Shown: one piece after another, positions 18,049 to 27,086 of the stretch | Numbering within the stretch: the stretch's first letter is position 1 | Layout of the letters: every line of letters begins with the position of its first letter | The notes under the pieces: generated by a model | Databases searched by the model: none | What the model was told of the DNA's origin: nothing | Seen by the model: the letters and a program-made list of their open reading frames with translations, nothing else | Position numbers and translations under genes: made by a program | Virus record (IMG/VR): IMGVR_UViG_3300042141_000279 | DNA from: an uncultured virus (IMG/VR IMGVR_UViG_3300042141_000279) | Taxonomy: Duplodnaviria; Heunggongvirae; Uroviricota; Caudoviricetes | DNA: 64,000 bases | Direction: 5' to 3' (one strand)

Positions 18049-18225
18049 TCACGGCTTCTCCGCGACGGCTGGCTTCGGTGCGACCAACTCCTCGCGGAGG
18101 ACAGTCGTGTCCCGCGGGGCGACGACGCCGATGCGGACGCGGCCTTGCTCTACGCCGCGCACCTCGATGACGACGTCCTTGCCGATCAATATCCGCTCGC
18201 CAATTCGTCTGGTCAGGCACAGCAC
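18049..18225 (-). CDS. csrA: Carbon storage regulator CsrA/RsmA
   Basis: (M)LCLTRRIGERILIG...VRIGVVAPRDTTVLREEL; AAGGAG SD then GTG. Confidence 0.92.
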   Translation of the reverse strand: MLCLTRRIGERILIGKDVVIEVRGVEQGRVRIGVVAPRDTTVLREELVAPKPAVAEKP

Positions 18226-18260
18226 TTGAGGCTCCTTCCTCGTTTGTGTCGGTCGGAAGC

Positions 18261-18728
18261 CTAGCAGGCTGCCGGATTCTCTGCAAGCCATGTTTGGCAC
18301 GCTTCTCTCGCCGCAGAGTCCTTGTGGTTTTTGGCTGCGTATTCGCAGTATTCCCGCCATCTGGGTTGACCTGCGGCCTCCGCGATCCCCATCCCCTGAA
18401 AACGTCCGCTTGAGAACGCGAACGCTTTGTGCTCGCCTGCCGTCTCCTGCTCAGGCTCCGGCTCTTCGCGGGCGTCGATCCACTGCCCGGTCCCGCAGTA
18501 GCAGCACTCGATACGCCACTGGTCTCGGCACTTGTCGGTCACGTCGTGGCACGCCCCTTGACAGTTCTGGTCAAGGCACAAGACGTCGCCGTCGAGCCGG
18601 CCCAGAAACGAGATCGCCCGCCGAACCGTCGGCATGAACGTCGCCTTGGCCTCTTCCGGCGAGACCGCCTTCTTGGTCTTCTTCTTCCGCGGCTCGTCGG
18701 TGGGCGAGATGTCGAAAAGCAGGCTCAT
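18261..18728 (-). CDS. Cys-rich hypothetical protein
   Basis: MSLLFDIS...; CxxC motifs; ATGA overlap with helicase gene. Confidence 0.6.
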   Translation of the reverse strand: MSLLFDISPTDEPRKKKTKKAVSPEEAKATFMPTVRRAISFLGRLDGDVLCLDQNCQGACHDVTDKCRDQWRIECCYCGTGQWIDAREEPEPEQETAGEHKAFAFSSGRFQGMGIAEAAGQPRWREYCEYAAKNHKDSAAREACQTWLAENPAAC

Positions 18729-20362
18729 AGTGGCAACCTCATCTTGTAGTCGGCCGCTTGCTCCGTCCCCACGATCAGCCGCCGGCGTGCCCGCGTGACG
18801 CCGACGTACTCGATCCTTCGCTCCTCGTCGTGCTGGCCCGCGTCGATCCCTTGGGCTTCGGCGATCCGCCGGCTGATCGTCGTCGAGAGCACGACCGTGT
18901 CGGCCTCCATGCCCTTGGCCGCGTGAATCGTGCCGATCCGTATCGCCGGCTTGCTGGCGAGTTCCGCACCGTACTTCTTCGCCGCGGTCCTCCACCGCTC
19001 CGCCCCCGCGAAAAGCCCGCCCCACTCGCCCTTCCGCAGCCTGTCGGCGAATTCCGGCTTCATGCCGGCGTCCTCGAGGTCGCCCGGGAGCACGACCTCC
19101 CAACGTCTGAGCGTTTCCTCCCGCTCCCACGTCTTTTTTGTGCCGCGGGCCATGTTTTTGCCGTCGTTGCTCGGCATGAGTTCGACAGCCGCCGCGAAGT
19201 CCTCCGGCGAGCAGTGCTCGCCGTGCTCGATCGACCACAAAGCGCCGACGGCCCGGTAGAACTTCGTCTGCTCCTTGGCCTTGAGTTTCGCGAACGGCAG
19301 CCCAGCCTTTGCCAAGGCTTCAGCCCAGATGTCGAGCGTGTAGTTGCAGCGGGCCACGACCAGCGTCTGGTCGGTCGGCGTCAGCGACCGGACGATGCTC
19401 TCCGCGTACCCACCGCGGACGACCTCGCCCTCGTGGTCGGCTGGAGCGATCCCGCGATCCCAGTAGCCGTTCCGCATCTTCTTCAGGCACGCCTCGCCCA
19501 GTGCCAGCACCGGGGCCGGGCATCTCCACGTCTTCTGCATGACCCGCTCTTTGTCGGCCTTCCAACCCATGAAAAACCGCGAGTCGCTCCCTCCGAAGCC
19601 GAAGATGGACTGCATTGGGTCTCCGCCGAGGTACACCCACTGCACCAGCGGTCCCGAGGCGAGCCGGCGGCAGCATCGATCGACCAGCGCGGATGCGTCC
19701 TGCTGCTCGTCCATGACCCACGCCTTGACGCTCGGAGGCAGTTCGCCCTCCGGGTCCGTCTCCTCCCAGCCATCCGGCGAGAACCTAATCCCACCGAACC
19801 TCGCGAGGAGGTCGGTGAAGTCGAAGCGGTTCTCCAGCCGCTTCGCCATCTCGTACTTCTCGATGTACTGCTTGCAGGTCGAGAACGACGGCACCTCCTC
19901 GCCCATTCGTGCCGACCGCAGGATTGTGTCCTTCAGTGGTTCAAGACGCGACCGGGCCTGCTCCCACACGTTCAGCGCGGCGGCGGCCGACCGCTCTCCC
20001 GTGAACCGCGTGTAGCCGGAGTCGTCGTCGATGATCGACCGCACGTTGACCCCTAAAGCCCCTGCGATCCACTCAGACGACTTGTTCCCGTCGTCCAGCA
20101 TCTCCCCCTTCTTCACGCCCAATTGCCTGTAGGCGATGCTGTGGACGGTCCTGAACCACCCGTCCTGCGACAGCGTCTCCGACGGCACACCCCACGCGGC
20201 ACTGGCCCTGCCGACCGCCTCGGCCCGGGCGGCCCTCGTGAAACTGGTGAACCCGATGGCGAAAGGGCTACCACCCAAGGCGTTTTTGGCTCCCTCCATG
20301 ACCCTCAAAAGTTCCGTCGTCTTTCCCGTGCCTGCCCCACCTACCAATCTTGCCACTTGCAT
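18725..20362 (-). CDS. UvrD/Rep-like SF1 helicase
   Basis: GGAGTGKT, SFTRAA, DEQQD, GDPMQSIFGF, TIHAAKGMEAD, YVGVTRAR. Confidence 0.92.
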   Translation of the reverse strand: MQVARLVGGAGTGKTTELLRVMEGAKNALGGSPFAIGFTSFTRAARAEAVGRASAAWGVPSETLSQDGWFRTVHSIAYRQLGVKKGEMLDDGNKSSEWIAGALGVNVRSIIDDDSGYTRFTGERSAAAALNVWEQARSRLEPLKDTILRSARMGEEVPSFSTCKQYIEKYEMAKRLENRFDFTDLLARFGGIRFSPDGWEETDPEGELPPSVKAWVMDEQQDASALVDRCCRRLASGPLVQWVYLGGDPMQSIFGFGGSDSRFFMGWKADKERVMQKTWRCPAPVLALGEACLKKMRNGYWDRGIAPADHEGEVVRGGYAESIVRSLTPTDQTLVVARCNYTLDIWAEALAKAGLPFAKLKAKEQTKFYRAVGALWSIEHGEHCSPEDFAAAVELMPSNDGKNMARGTKKTWEREETLRRWEVVLPGDLEDAGMKPEFADRLRKGEWGGLFAGAERWRTAAKKYGAELASKPAIRIGTIHAAKGMEADTVVLSTTISRRIAEAQGIDAGQHDEERRIEYVGVTRARRRLIVGTEQAADYKMRLPL

Positions 20363-20386
20363 GACCACTTCTCCAAGGGGTGCCAG

Positions 20387-20458
20387 AAAACGTGGATCAC
20401 GCAAGTCCTTGCCGCCACACGACTTGCGAAGCAAAAACCACGTTTCCACGTTTCCATC
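20387..20458. promoter_or_regulatory. Palindromic intergenic element, candidate replication origin
   Basis: CGCAAGTC/GACTTGCG and AAACGTGG/CCACGTTT inverted repeats; tandem GTTTCCA; between primase and helicase genes. Confidence 0.4.
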
Positions 20459-22181
20459 AGTTTTTTTCGATTCTCAAAGGGACTTCCTCGTGAATAGAAA
20501 AGGCCGTCTCGCTCTCGGCCCCGAATTCACCTGCCGCCAGACGCTCTAGGACGCGGATGTGCTGGCTTGTGAACCGGACGAACCGGCGGCTGCTGTCGCC
20601 CTCCCCGGCCGATCTGGAGGCCGGCAGGCTCTTCTGGCCGACGCCCGCCAGAAGCATCTTCTTGATGGTCAGGATGTCGCCGTCCTCGAGTTTCCTCCGG
20701 CCGCGGTCAACCATCTCCCACGCCTTCATCCATCCGAACCACAACTCCCAGACCCCGTCGCGGCCACGGACCCACGCCGGCATCCCCGTGACGTCCGGGC
20801 TGCCGCTCTCCTCGGCGTCGTCGTCCGGCTTGGGGGTCATCATCAGGACGTCGAGCAGCCAACCCGCGACCGTCGCGAATCGGCAGTTCTCCGCTGTAGC
20901 CGGCTCTTGAGTGGACTCGTCCATCAGTTTCGCCTTGAGGCCGCGGACGGCCGGCTTCCCCTTCTTCTTCCCCTGCCCGTTCCAGATCGTGAACCACTCC
21001 TCCGGCACCTCGTCCACGATGACGGTGTGCGTCGATTCGAGGATCGCTTGGGCGACCTTCGCCGCCGACCGGAACACTTCCACGCTGAGTGGCACGGAGA
21101 CCTTCACAGTCTTCTGCTCGCCGCCGACCTCCCTGAACACAGGCACCGTGAGCGAGTACCTGACCGGGTCGCCGTGGATCACCTTCAGGTGCCACTGGCC
21201 GGGCCACCACTGCTCGCCGTCGTACCGCAGGCCGGTGAAGGTGAACGGCAGGTCTTTTTTGGCGTCCTCCGTCGGCTCCTCGGCCCCCTTCTCGAGCCGC
21301 TCCGCCACGGCCTTCGCCTTCTCGGCCTCGTCCGCGACGCCCTGAGCACGCTTCCGCGTCGCCCACTGCAACTCGTGGCGGAAGATGTTCTCGATCTCTT
21401 CCTCGCCCTTCGGCGGATTGCACTTGGTCGTGTTGATCGCCTTGATCAACTCCAGAACATCCTGCTGCTCGACAGGGTCGTGGACGTTGACCATGTTGAT
21501 GCACTGACGCGCCGCGAACCGGACCAGAGAGTGGTGGCGGTCGCCCTCCCCTGCCGGCTTGTAAAGGATCATGTTCGCCGACGGTTGCCGCTCGCCGCCT
21601 TCCTCGCCGGCGTCGTTCACGATCGCGACGAGCAGTTCCTTCGGCAGTTCAGCGACTTCGCAGTCCTCTGGACTCATCCCGTTGACCCACGAGTAGGACG
21701 CCCCGCTGGCGTGGGCGCTCGGCGGCATGATCGACTGCGCTCCGCGGGCGCCTCCGCCGATGCGAATCTCGAGGCCGGAGAGTTTGTGGACGGCCTTCTG
21801 CGGAAGGCGACGGTCCCACTTGAAAAGCCGGTGCGTCGATCGCTTCGACGTGAACGTGGGCGTGTACGCCTTGTCGATTCCGAACCGCTCGGCCGTCTTC
21901 CGGCCCTGCTCGGTGTCGAACTCGATGTCGATGATCCCGCTCTTCTCACCCAGTTGGACGCCGACGTTGTACTTCCTCGACCCGTCGAACCAGTGACCCA
22001 ACTCGTCCTCGTCGATCGTGGCCTTGTGCTGCCACGCGGTCAGCACAGGGTGCTTCCCGGGCGTCGCGCACTCCGGGTTCAAGCATGTGCATTTGTCGCC
22101 GTTCAATCCGTGGCACGGCACGACGTACCATCCCCGCGCCGCGTACTGGGCTGCCCACTTGAACTTGGTGTCACTCATCAA
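20457..22181 (-). CDS. Bifunctional primase-polymerase (Prim-Pol) domain protein
   Basis: YAARGWYVVP, CTC...C..PGKHP, NVGV, IIDIEFD, HRLF, PPSAHASG..YSW. Confidence 0.85.
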   Translation of the reverse strand: MMSDTKFKWAAQYAARGWYVVPCHGLNGDKCTCLNPECATPGKHPVLTAWQHKATIDEDELGHWFDGSRKYNVGVQLGEKSGIIDIEFDTEQGRKTAERFGIDKAYTPTFTSKRSTHRLFKWDRRLPQKAVHKLSGLEIRIGGGARGAQSIMPPSAHASGASYSWVNGMSPEDCEVAELPKELLVAIVNDAGEEGGERQPSANMILYKPAGEGDRHHSLVRFAARQCINMVNVHDPVEQQDVLELIKAINTTKCNPPKGEEEIENIFRHELQWATRKRAQGVADEAEKAKAVAERLEKGAEEPTEDAKKDLPFTFTGLRYDGEQWWPGQWHLKVIHGDPVRYSLTVPVFREVGGEQKTVKVSVPLSVEVFRSAAKVAQAILESTHTVIVDEVPEEWFTIWNGQGKKKGKPAVRGLKAKLMDESTQEPATAENCRFATVAGWLLDVLMMTPKPDDDAEESGSPDVTGMPAWVRGRDGVWELWFGWMKAWEMVDRGRRKLEDGDILTIKKMLLAGVGQKSLPASRSAGEGDSSRRFVRFTSQHIRVLERLAAGEFGAESETAFSIHEEVPLRIEKN

Positions 22182-22182
22182 A

Positions 22183-22884
22183 TCACTCCTTTGATTGATC
22201 GCTTCTCCAACTCTTCTGGTTTTCTTCCGGCGTCACCAACCGGAGGCGGCAGTGCGACTGGTGGTACAGAACCCAAGCCTTCTCAAATTCCTCGTCGGCC
22301 AGCACCCAGCCGCCGAGGTCGTCCTGCTTGAGCGGAATGCTCTCTGCCGGGTGGGGCCAGCCGGCCAGAAAGTCGTCACGCAGTTTCGCGAACGTCAGCG
22401 GGCGGACGTGATCGACTTGGCAGGTGTCCCAAGTGATCGGCTTTCCGCTGATGTCGCTGGTCAGTGACGAGGACGACGCGAATCGCAGCCTCTTGTAGGC
22501 CCGAACGTCGCGGTCGACCGCCACACGCATCCCGTGCGTCAGCCAACTCGACCGCTTCCTGAATCCGGTGCAGCACTGAACCCAAGAAAACGAGATTTCC
22601 AGACCTCCGCGGTAGACGACGAACGTGTGATTGCACGCCGCTTTTCGCAGGACAGCCTTGGCGGATTCGTGCCGCACACGAACGCCGATGACCTCGTCCT
22701 CAAGGCCGGGGAGAATCTTCTCGTCAGGCATACTGTGACGCTGGCGGATCAGATTCAGCATGAAGTCTCCGCACTCGATGAGTTCGCCATCTGCCGTGGC
22801 CGATATGGCATTGCGGCAGTACGCAACCAGTTCTTTCAGGCTCGCGAACTCGACGCCGGCGACCATTGTCTTTTTTCGAGCCAC
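22183..22884 (-). CDS. DCL/DUF3223-like protein with HNH-like C-terminus
   Basis: FSWVQC, QVDHVRPLTF, W..YH...LRLV...EN. Confidence 0.5.
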   Translation of the reverse strand: MARKKTMVAGVEFASLKELVAYCRNAISATADGELIECGDFMLNLIRQRHSMPDEKILPGLEDEVIGVRVRHESAKAVLRKAACNHTFVVYRGGLEISFSWVQCCTGFRKRSSWLTHGMRVAVDRDVRAYKRLRFASSSSLTSDISGKPITWDTCQVDHVRPLTFAKLRDDFLAGWPHPAESIPLKQDDLGGWVLADEEFEKAWVLYHQSHCRLRLVTPEENQKSWRSDQSKE

Positions 22885-22917
22885 TGAAAAGCCTCCTTCT
22901 GGCGTGCCTTCAGTGAG

Positions 22918-23211
22918 TCAGTTCCAAGCCGCGAAGTTCGGCCTGTCGACGATGCTGCTCGGCGCATCGTGAACAATCGTCGTGGTGCACATGCCAGTCT
23001 TTTCGTCCCACACTCGCCGGAACTCCGCGATCTGATCGCTGTCGGGGTGTATGTCCCATGACACGACAGCGCCGAACGTCTCGTAGGCCAACGAGAATGC
23101 GTCCACTCTCAGGATCGTGGACGACCCTCGGTCGTTGCCGATGAAAGTCCCGACAGCGGCGAAAACATTGGCAACGCTTGACGGGCAATCCAACTTGATT
23201 CGCATGATCAT
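22918..23211 (-). CDS. Hypothetical protein
   Basis: AAGGA SD; clean ORF. Confidence 0.5.
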   Translation of the reverse strand: MIMRIKLDCPSSVANVFAAVGTFIGNDRGSSTILRVDAFSLAYETFGAVVSWDIHPDSDQIAEFRRVWDEKTGMCTTTIVHDAPSSIVDRPNFAAWN

Positions 23212-23422
23212 GTTTCGATTCCTTGTTGTTGAAGAAGTGTGAAACCCCCCCGCCGCCCCGACCTCTCGATCGGGGCGGCGGGTCAGGTTCGCCCGCCGGC
23301 GTGGTGGAATACGACACCAGAGGCTCGGTCAGACTTCCGGTCGGTTACGACGCCACCGCCGGCTGGGCGGCCGGCTCGTCGCGACGATGACGACGAGTGC
23401 GCCGCCGGCCCGGCGGGATGCA

Positions 23423-24214
23423 CTACTCGTCGCTCTCGACCACCTCGGCGGCGACGGCGCCGCCGCTGAACGTCGTGAACATCCGGGTCAGCGACTCCGT
23501 GTAGAGACGGCGAGCGACCTCGCCCTCCTCCTCGGAGATCGTGCCCACGAGCCGCGGGACGATCTGGGAGTACGGCTGGCCGCCGGCACCCTTCGCCTTC
23601 TGCAACTTGAGTCCGATCACGCACTCGTAGTGGAAGGCCGGCAGCCGCTTCCGAAACGGCAGCCACGACGGCAGCGACCCCGGCCCGACGGTCACGAGCA
23701 CCGGCCAGACGTCGCCCTGACGAAGGATCGCGAGGATGCGACTCTCCTTCACCCGCTTCGCACCACCCTTCGACGAGCCGAACCCAAACTCCGGCGAGAT
23801 CGAGATCGCCGCCCAGTCGTAGAGACGATCGCCGATGCGATACTTCTCCAGCGCCGCCGGCGAAATCTCACTCCCGAGATCGTCCGAGAGACGTCGCGCG
23901 ACGATGAGGTCGCGCGACTCGAGGATCGGACGCTGCTCGCTGGGGTCGAGCGACGGCCACAGGTAGCCGCGCTTCCCCTCGCCGACGAGCAGTCCCTTCA
24001 GTTCATCGGTGCTCTCGGTATTCCCGTCCACGTCGATCTGCCACGTCGTCGACCCGCCCAGCGGTGTCTTCACGCGGACCAAATCCATCTCCCGCATCTG
24101 CTCACCATCCAGATTGCTCTGGATGATGCGTGCCTGCCGACTGTTCGGCTGAAGGCACGGGTAGGCGACCTCTGTGGTCGCCGTCGCAATCGCTGTGGTA
24201 GCCATTTGTGGCAT
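23423..24214 (-). CDS. Hypothetical protein, possibly ssDNA-binding
   Basis: AGGAG SD; acidic C-terminal tail; replication module position. Confidence 0.6.
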   Translation of the reverse strand: MPQMATTAIATATTEVAYPCLQPNSRQARIIQSNLDGEQMREMDLVRVKTPLGGSTTWQIDVDGNTESTDELKGLLVGEGKRGYLWPSLDPSEQRPILESRDLIVARRLSDDLGSEISPAALEKYRIGDRLYDWAAISISPEFGFGSSKGGAKRVKESRILAILRQGDVWPVLVTVGPGSLPSWLPFRKRLPAFHYECVIGLKLQKAKGAGGQPYSQIVPRLVGTISEEEGEVARRLYTESLTRMFTTFSGGAVAAEVVESDE

Positions 24215-24250
24215 ACTCCTGTCGTGTAGATCAGACCATCAACCTCTGCG

Positions 24251-24700
24251 TCACCCGACCGTCGTGTGCCGCAGTTTCGGCGAGACGAACTCGCCGACGA
24301 TCCCGTCGAACTCCGTCCCAGCCGAGTAAGGCAGGCTGGGGTCCGTCCCAGCCTCTCGTGCCCTCTCGGTCAGCAAGGCTTTCAGCCTTGCTGTGTTCAC
24401 CTGCGTGACCGCCTCCAGCAGCCCCGCCGATCGGGCGGCCTCCATCACCGCCTCCTTTCGCGCCTCCGGCGCAGAGAACGAGTGTGTCCACTCGATCCTC
24501 CAACTCCTCCCTGCCGCCCGGACTCCGTCCAAGCGTTGTCCCTGAAACTCTTCGATCGCGATCGACTCGTAGTGGTCGCGCTTTTTCTTGAGCGCGTCGA
24601 TCTGGTCGTTGAGCGCGGCAACCTGCTTGTCAATCGCCGTGATCTCAGCGAGCGCCGTTTGCAGTGCCGGCGCGTCGTTCATATCCGTCGATGATGTCAC
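24251..24700 (-). CDS. Coiled-coil phage protein
   Basis: Clean ORF between SNF2 helicase and SSB-like genes. Confidence 0.65.
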   Translation of the reverse strand: MTSSTDMNDAPALQTALAEITAIDKQVAALNDQIDALKKKRDHYESIAIEEFQGQRLDGVRAAGRSWRIEWTHSFSAPEARKEAVMEAARSAGLLEAVTQVNTARLKALLTERAREAGTDPSLPYSAGTEFDGIVGEFVSPKLRHTTVG

Positions 24701-26045
24701 TGAGCACCTCCCTTCGATCCCTCAGAGCCTCGTACACGCGGCCGTCCACCGTGGAGCGGCCGTCGATTGTCGCCACTAGATGCCAAATAGACACCTTGCG
24801 TTCCTGCCCGGGGCGATGCAGACGCGCAACCGCCTGAAGGTATTCAGCCAGTGAGTAGCCTAGCGAGAAGAAGACCGCGAAACGTGCCCGCGTCAGATCG
24901 ATCCCGATGCCGCCCGACTGAATCTGCACGATGAGCACGTTCGTCTTCCCGGCCTGCCAGTCGGCGAGATCGTCTGCGGAGCCGCTGAGTTCGCCCCACG
25001 ATCGCTTGAGCCGCTCACACGCGGCTCGCGCCGCCACGATGTCGCTCCTGAAGCGACAGAACACGACCCACGGCTCGTCAGCGGGGGAATCCCACAGCAT
25101 ATCCTCGAGGACTCCGGCCTTCGCGGGGTCGGCGACAATCTGCCTCGCGAGGCTCTCGCCGTCATACGTCACCGCACCACCGCAAACCTGTTGCAGGCGT
25201 AGCAGTTGGACGAGAGCGTTCGCCGGCGTGATCGTGCCCTGCTCGAGCACAGCACAGAACTCACGCTCGATCTCGCGGTAGACCTTCGCTTCCTGCGGCG
25301 ACAGGTCGCACGGCAGGTCGATGAATTGTATTTGTGGGAGGTCTAGAACATCAGCGGCCACCGCACGGTGCGTCGTGGCGGCCACGCGGCGATGAGCGTC
25401 GTCGAGGTTCTTGTAGCCGATGACGAAGTTCTGGCCGGGGGCGATCATCGCGTACCGGGCCTTGTGCAGCGTGTACGTCGTGCCGAACGTCTGGCATTCA
25501 GGACTCTCGACGGCTCGCCAGATGCCGTAGCAGTCGAGGACACTATGCGGGATCATCGTGCCGGAGAGTCCGATCTTCACGGCCTCGGCGTTCTTTTTGC
25601 ACACCCGGCTCGCCCAGCGGCTCGCAGCCCCGCTCGGACTCTTGAGCCGATGCACCTCGTCCCAGACGATCGCCGACCACTTGGTCTTCTCGATGATCGG
25701 CATCCGCCACGCCGTCTCGTAGTTGACTACGAAGACCACGGGCGTGCGATCGGCGAGCGCGGCCTCGACCTGCTTGACCTTCTGGGCGCTCGTGCCCTTC
25801 GTGAGGGCGACGACGCGGACGTCAGGCCACCAGAGGCTGCATTGCTTGACCCACGCCGCGATCACGGCCTTCGGGCAAGAGACAAGCACGGAGAACCCGC
25901 CGCGATCGCCGCGAGCCATGCGGCGCCTCAGAATCTCGATGGCCGTGCGGGTCTTGCCGCACCCCATCTCGTGGTGGAGCAGCACCGCGGTGCGGTCCTC
26001 GCTCCACTTGATTGCGTCGCGCTGATGCGACCACAGGCCGTCCAT
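24645..26045 (-). CDS. SNF2-family (SF2) helicase
   Basis: EMGCGKT, DEVH, LSGT, SGGIGIDL, QAVARLHRPGQ. Confidence 0.92.
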   Translation of the reverse strand: MDGLWSHQRDAIKWSEDRTAVLLHHEMGCGKTRTAIEILRRRMARGDRGGFSVLVSCPKAVIAAWVKQCSLWWPDVRVVALTKGTSAQKVKQVEAALADRTPVVFVVNYETAWRMPIIEKTKWSAIVWDEVHRLKSPSGAASRWASRVCKKNAEAVKIGLSGTMIPHSVLDCYGIWRAVESPECQTFGTTYTLHKARYAMIAPGQNFVIGYKNLDDAHRRVAATTHRAVAADVLDLPQIQFIDLPCDLSPQEAKVYREIEREFCAVLEQGTITPANALVQLLRLQQVCGGAVTYDGESLARQIVADPAKAGVLEDMLWDSPADEPWVVFCRFRSDIVAARAACERLKRSWGELSGSADDLADWQAGKTNVLIVQIQSGGIGIDLTRARFAVFFSLGYSLAEYLQAVARLHRPGQERKVSIWHLVATIDGRSTVDGRVYEALRDRREVLSDIIDGYERRAGTANGAR

Positions 26046-26068
26046 GCCGCTCCTCCTTGGCGGGCGGC

Positions 26069-26098
26069 ATGGTACGCGGCTGCTAGGCGGCCAGTCAA
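26069..26098 (-). promoter_or_regulatory. Sigma70-type promoter for the replication operon
   Basis: TTGACT-18 nt-TACCAT ahead of AAGGAGGAG SD of SNF2 gene. Confidence 0.5.
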
Positions 26099-26667
26099 GA
26101 GAAATCCCGAGGCCGCCCCACCTTCCCTCCGGCGTGCTGCTGCTGCCTCACGATCTTCGCGTTTTCGAGGCAGGACTTCCTCGAGCAGATGTAGACCGCT
26201 CGGTGCCGCGTGAGGACTTGATCGCGTGAGTGGAGCCGCCTGCCGACGATGTCGCCGGCCTTGATCATCCGCGGCACGAACGACGGGTGGACGCCGAGGA
26301 TGCCAGCGGCCTCGCGGACGCCGATGGCGTCGCCGAACGCGATCGGCTCTTCGATCGCCGCGAGTTTGCGAAGCATCGGCTCACGCAGATGAATCCACGC
26401 GCGCGGCCGGCGGTCGTTGGTGCCGCCGCGTGCCTGCACCCTCTCGTCGTACTCGCGGTAGTTCGCGTCGCACTCCGTGCCGTTGTAGAGCACGAACGCC
26501 CGCTGCCCAGTGCCGGCGCCCTCCATCTCGCTGGCCGACAACCAGCCCTTCGACAGCATCCTCGCCGGCACGGACCAGTGCAGGCCCATGATGGCGGCGG
26601 CCTCGTGCGGGCCGACGGCCTGATTCACGGCCTGCCGAATTTCGCTCTCTGTCAGTCGTCTAGCCAT
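26095..26667 (-). CDS. Tandem HTH_17/excisionase-like DNA-binding protein
   Basis: Two repeats: GPHEAAAIMGLH... and GVREAAGILGVH...; divergent from recombinase. Confidence 0.65.
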   Translation of the reverse strand: MARRLTESEIRQAVNQAVGPHEAAAIMGLHWSVPARMLSKGWLSASEMEGAGTGQRAFVLYNGTECDANYREYDERVQARGGTNDRRPRAWIHLREPMLRKLAAIEEPIAFGDAIGVREAAGILGVHPSFVPRMIKAGDIVGRRLHSRDQVLTRHRAVYICSRKSCLENAKIVRQQQHAGGKVGRPRDFS

Positions 26668-26834
26668 CGATCGCATCCTCTACGTGTCCGGCGGCAAACT
26701 GCTGCCGGTTGGGTGGATTTTGACGGCGGGAAAGGTGGTTGGCAAACTCCGGTTGACAAGATGCAATGGAGGCGGCAACACTCTAACTCCGAGGCGGCTG
26801 GACACACCCTCAGAAACGCGAAAGGAGTCGATAA

Positions 26835-27047
26835 ATGCCCATCCAACGTGCCTATATCGCGGTGATTTCGTGGATCGACGGCGACGTCGAGGACGCCGAT
26901 GAACTCAGGGTCTTCGCCGAATCGGCCGAACAGGCCAAAACGCTCGCCCGGGAAGTCTGGCTCCGAGCCAAGTCGCCCCGGTGGCCGACGTGCCGGATCA
27001 CCTCGGTGGAGGCTTTCCCCCCTGCGAGGCTCTCGACGCTTGCGTGA
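26835..27047 (+). CDS. Hypothetical protein
   Basis: AAGGAG SD; TTGACA at 26753 upstream. Confidence 0.6.
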   Translation: MPIQRAYIAVISWIDGDVEDADELRVFAESAEQAKTLAREVWLRAKSPRWPTCRITSVEAFPPARLSTLA

Positions 27048-27086
27048 TCGGAAGGGTGGTGTCACCCTCCGCAGTGAGGTTGCAAC

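Noticed and set aside
18758..22331. Long + strand ORFs (432 aa, 590 aa) and similar antisense ORFs elsewhere (e.g. 60421-61902, 62235-63632)
   Set aside because: They are shadows of clear minus-strand genes in high-GC DNA and have no recognisable motifs.
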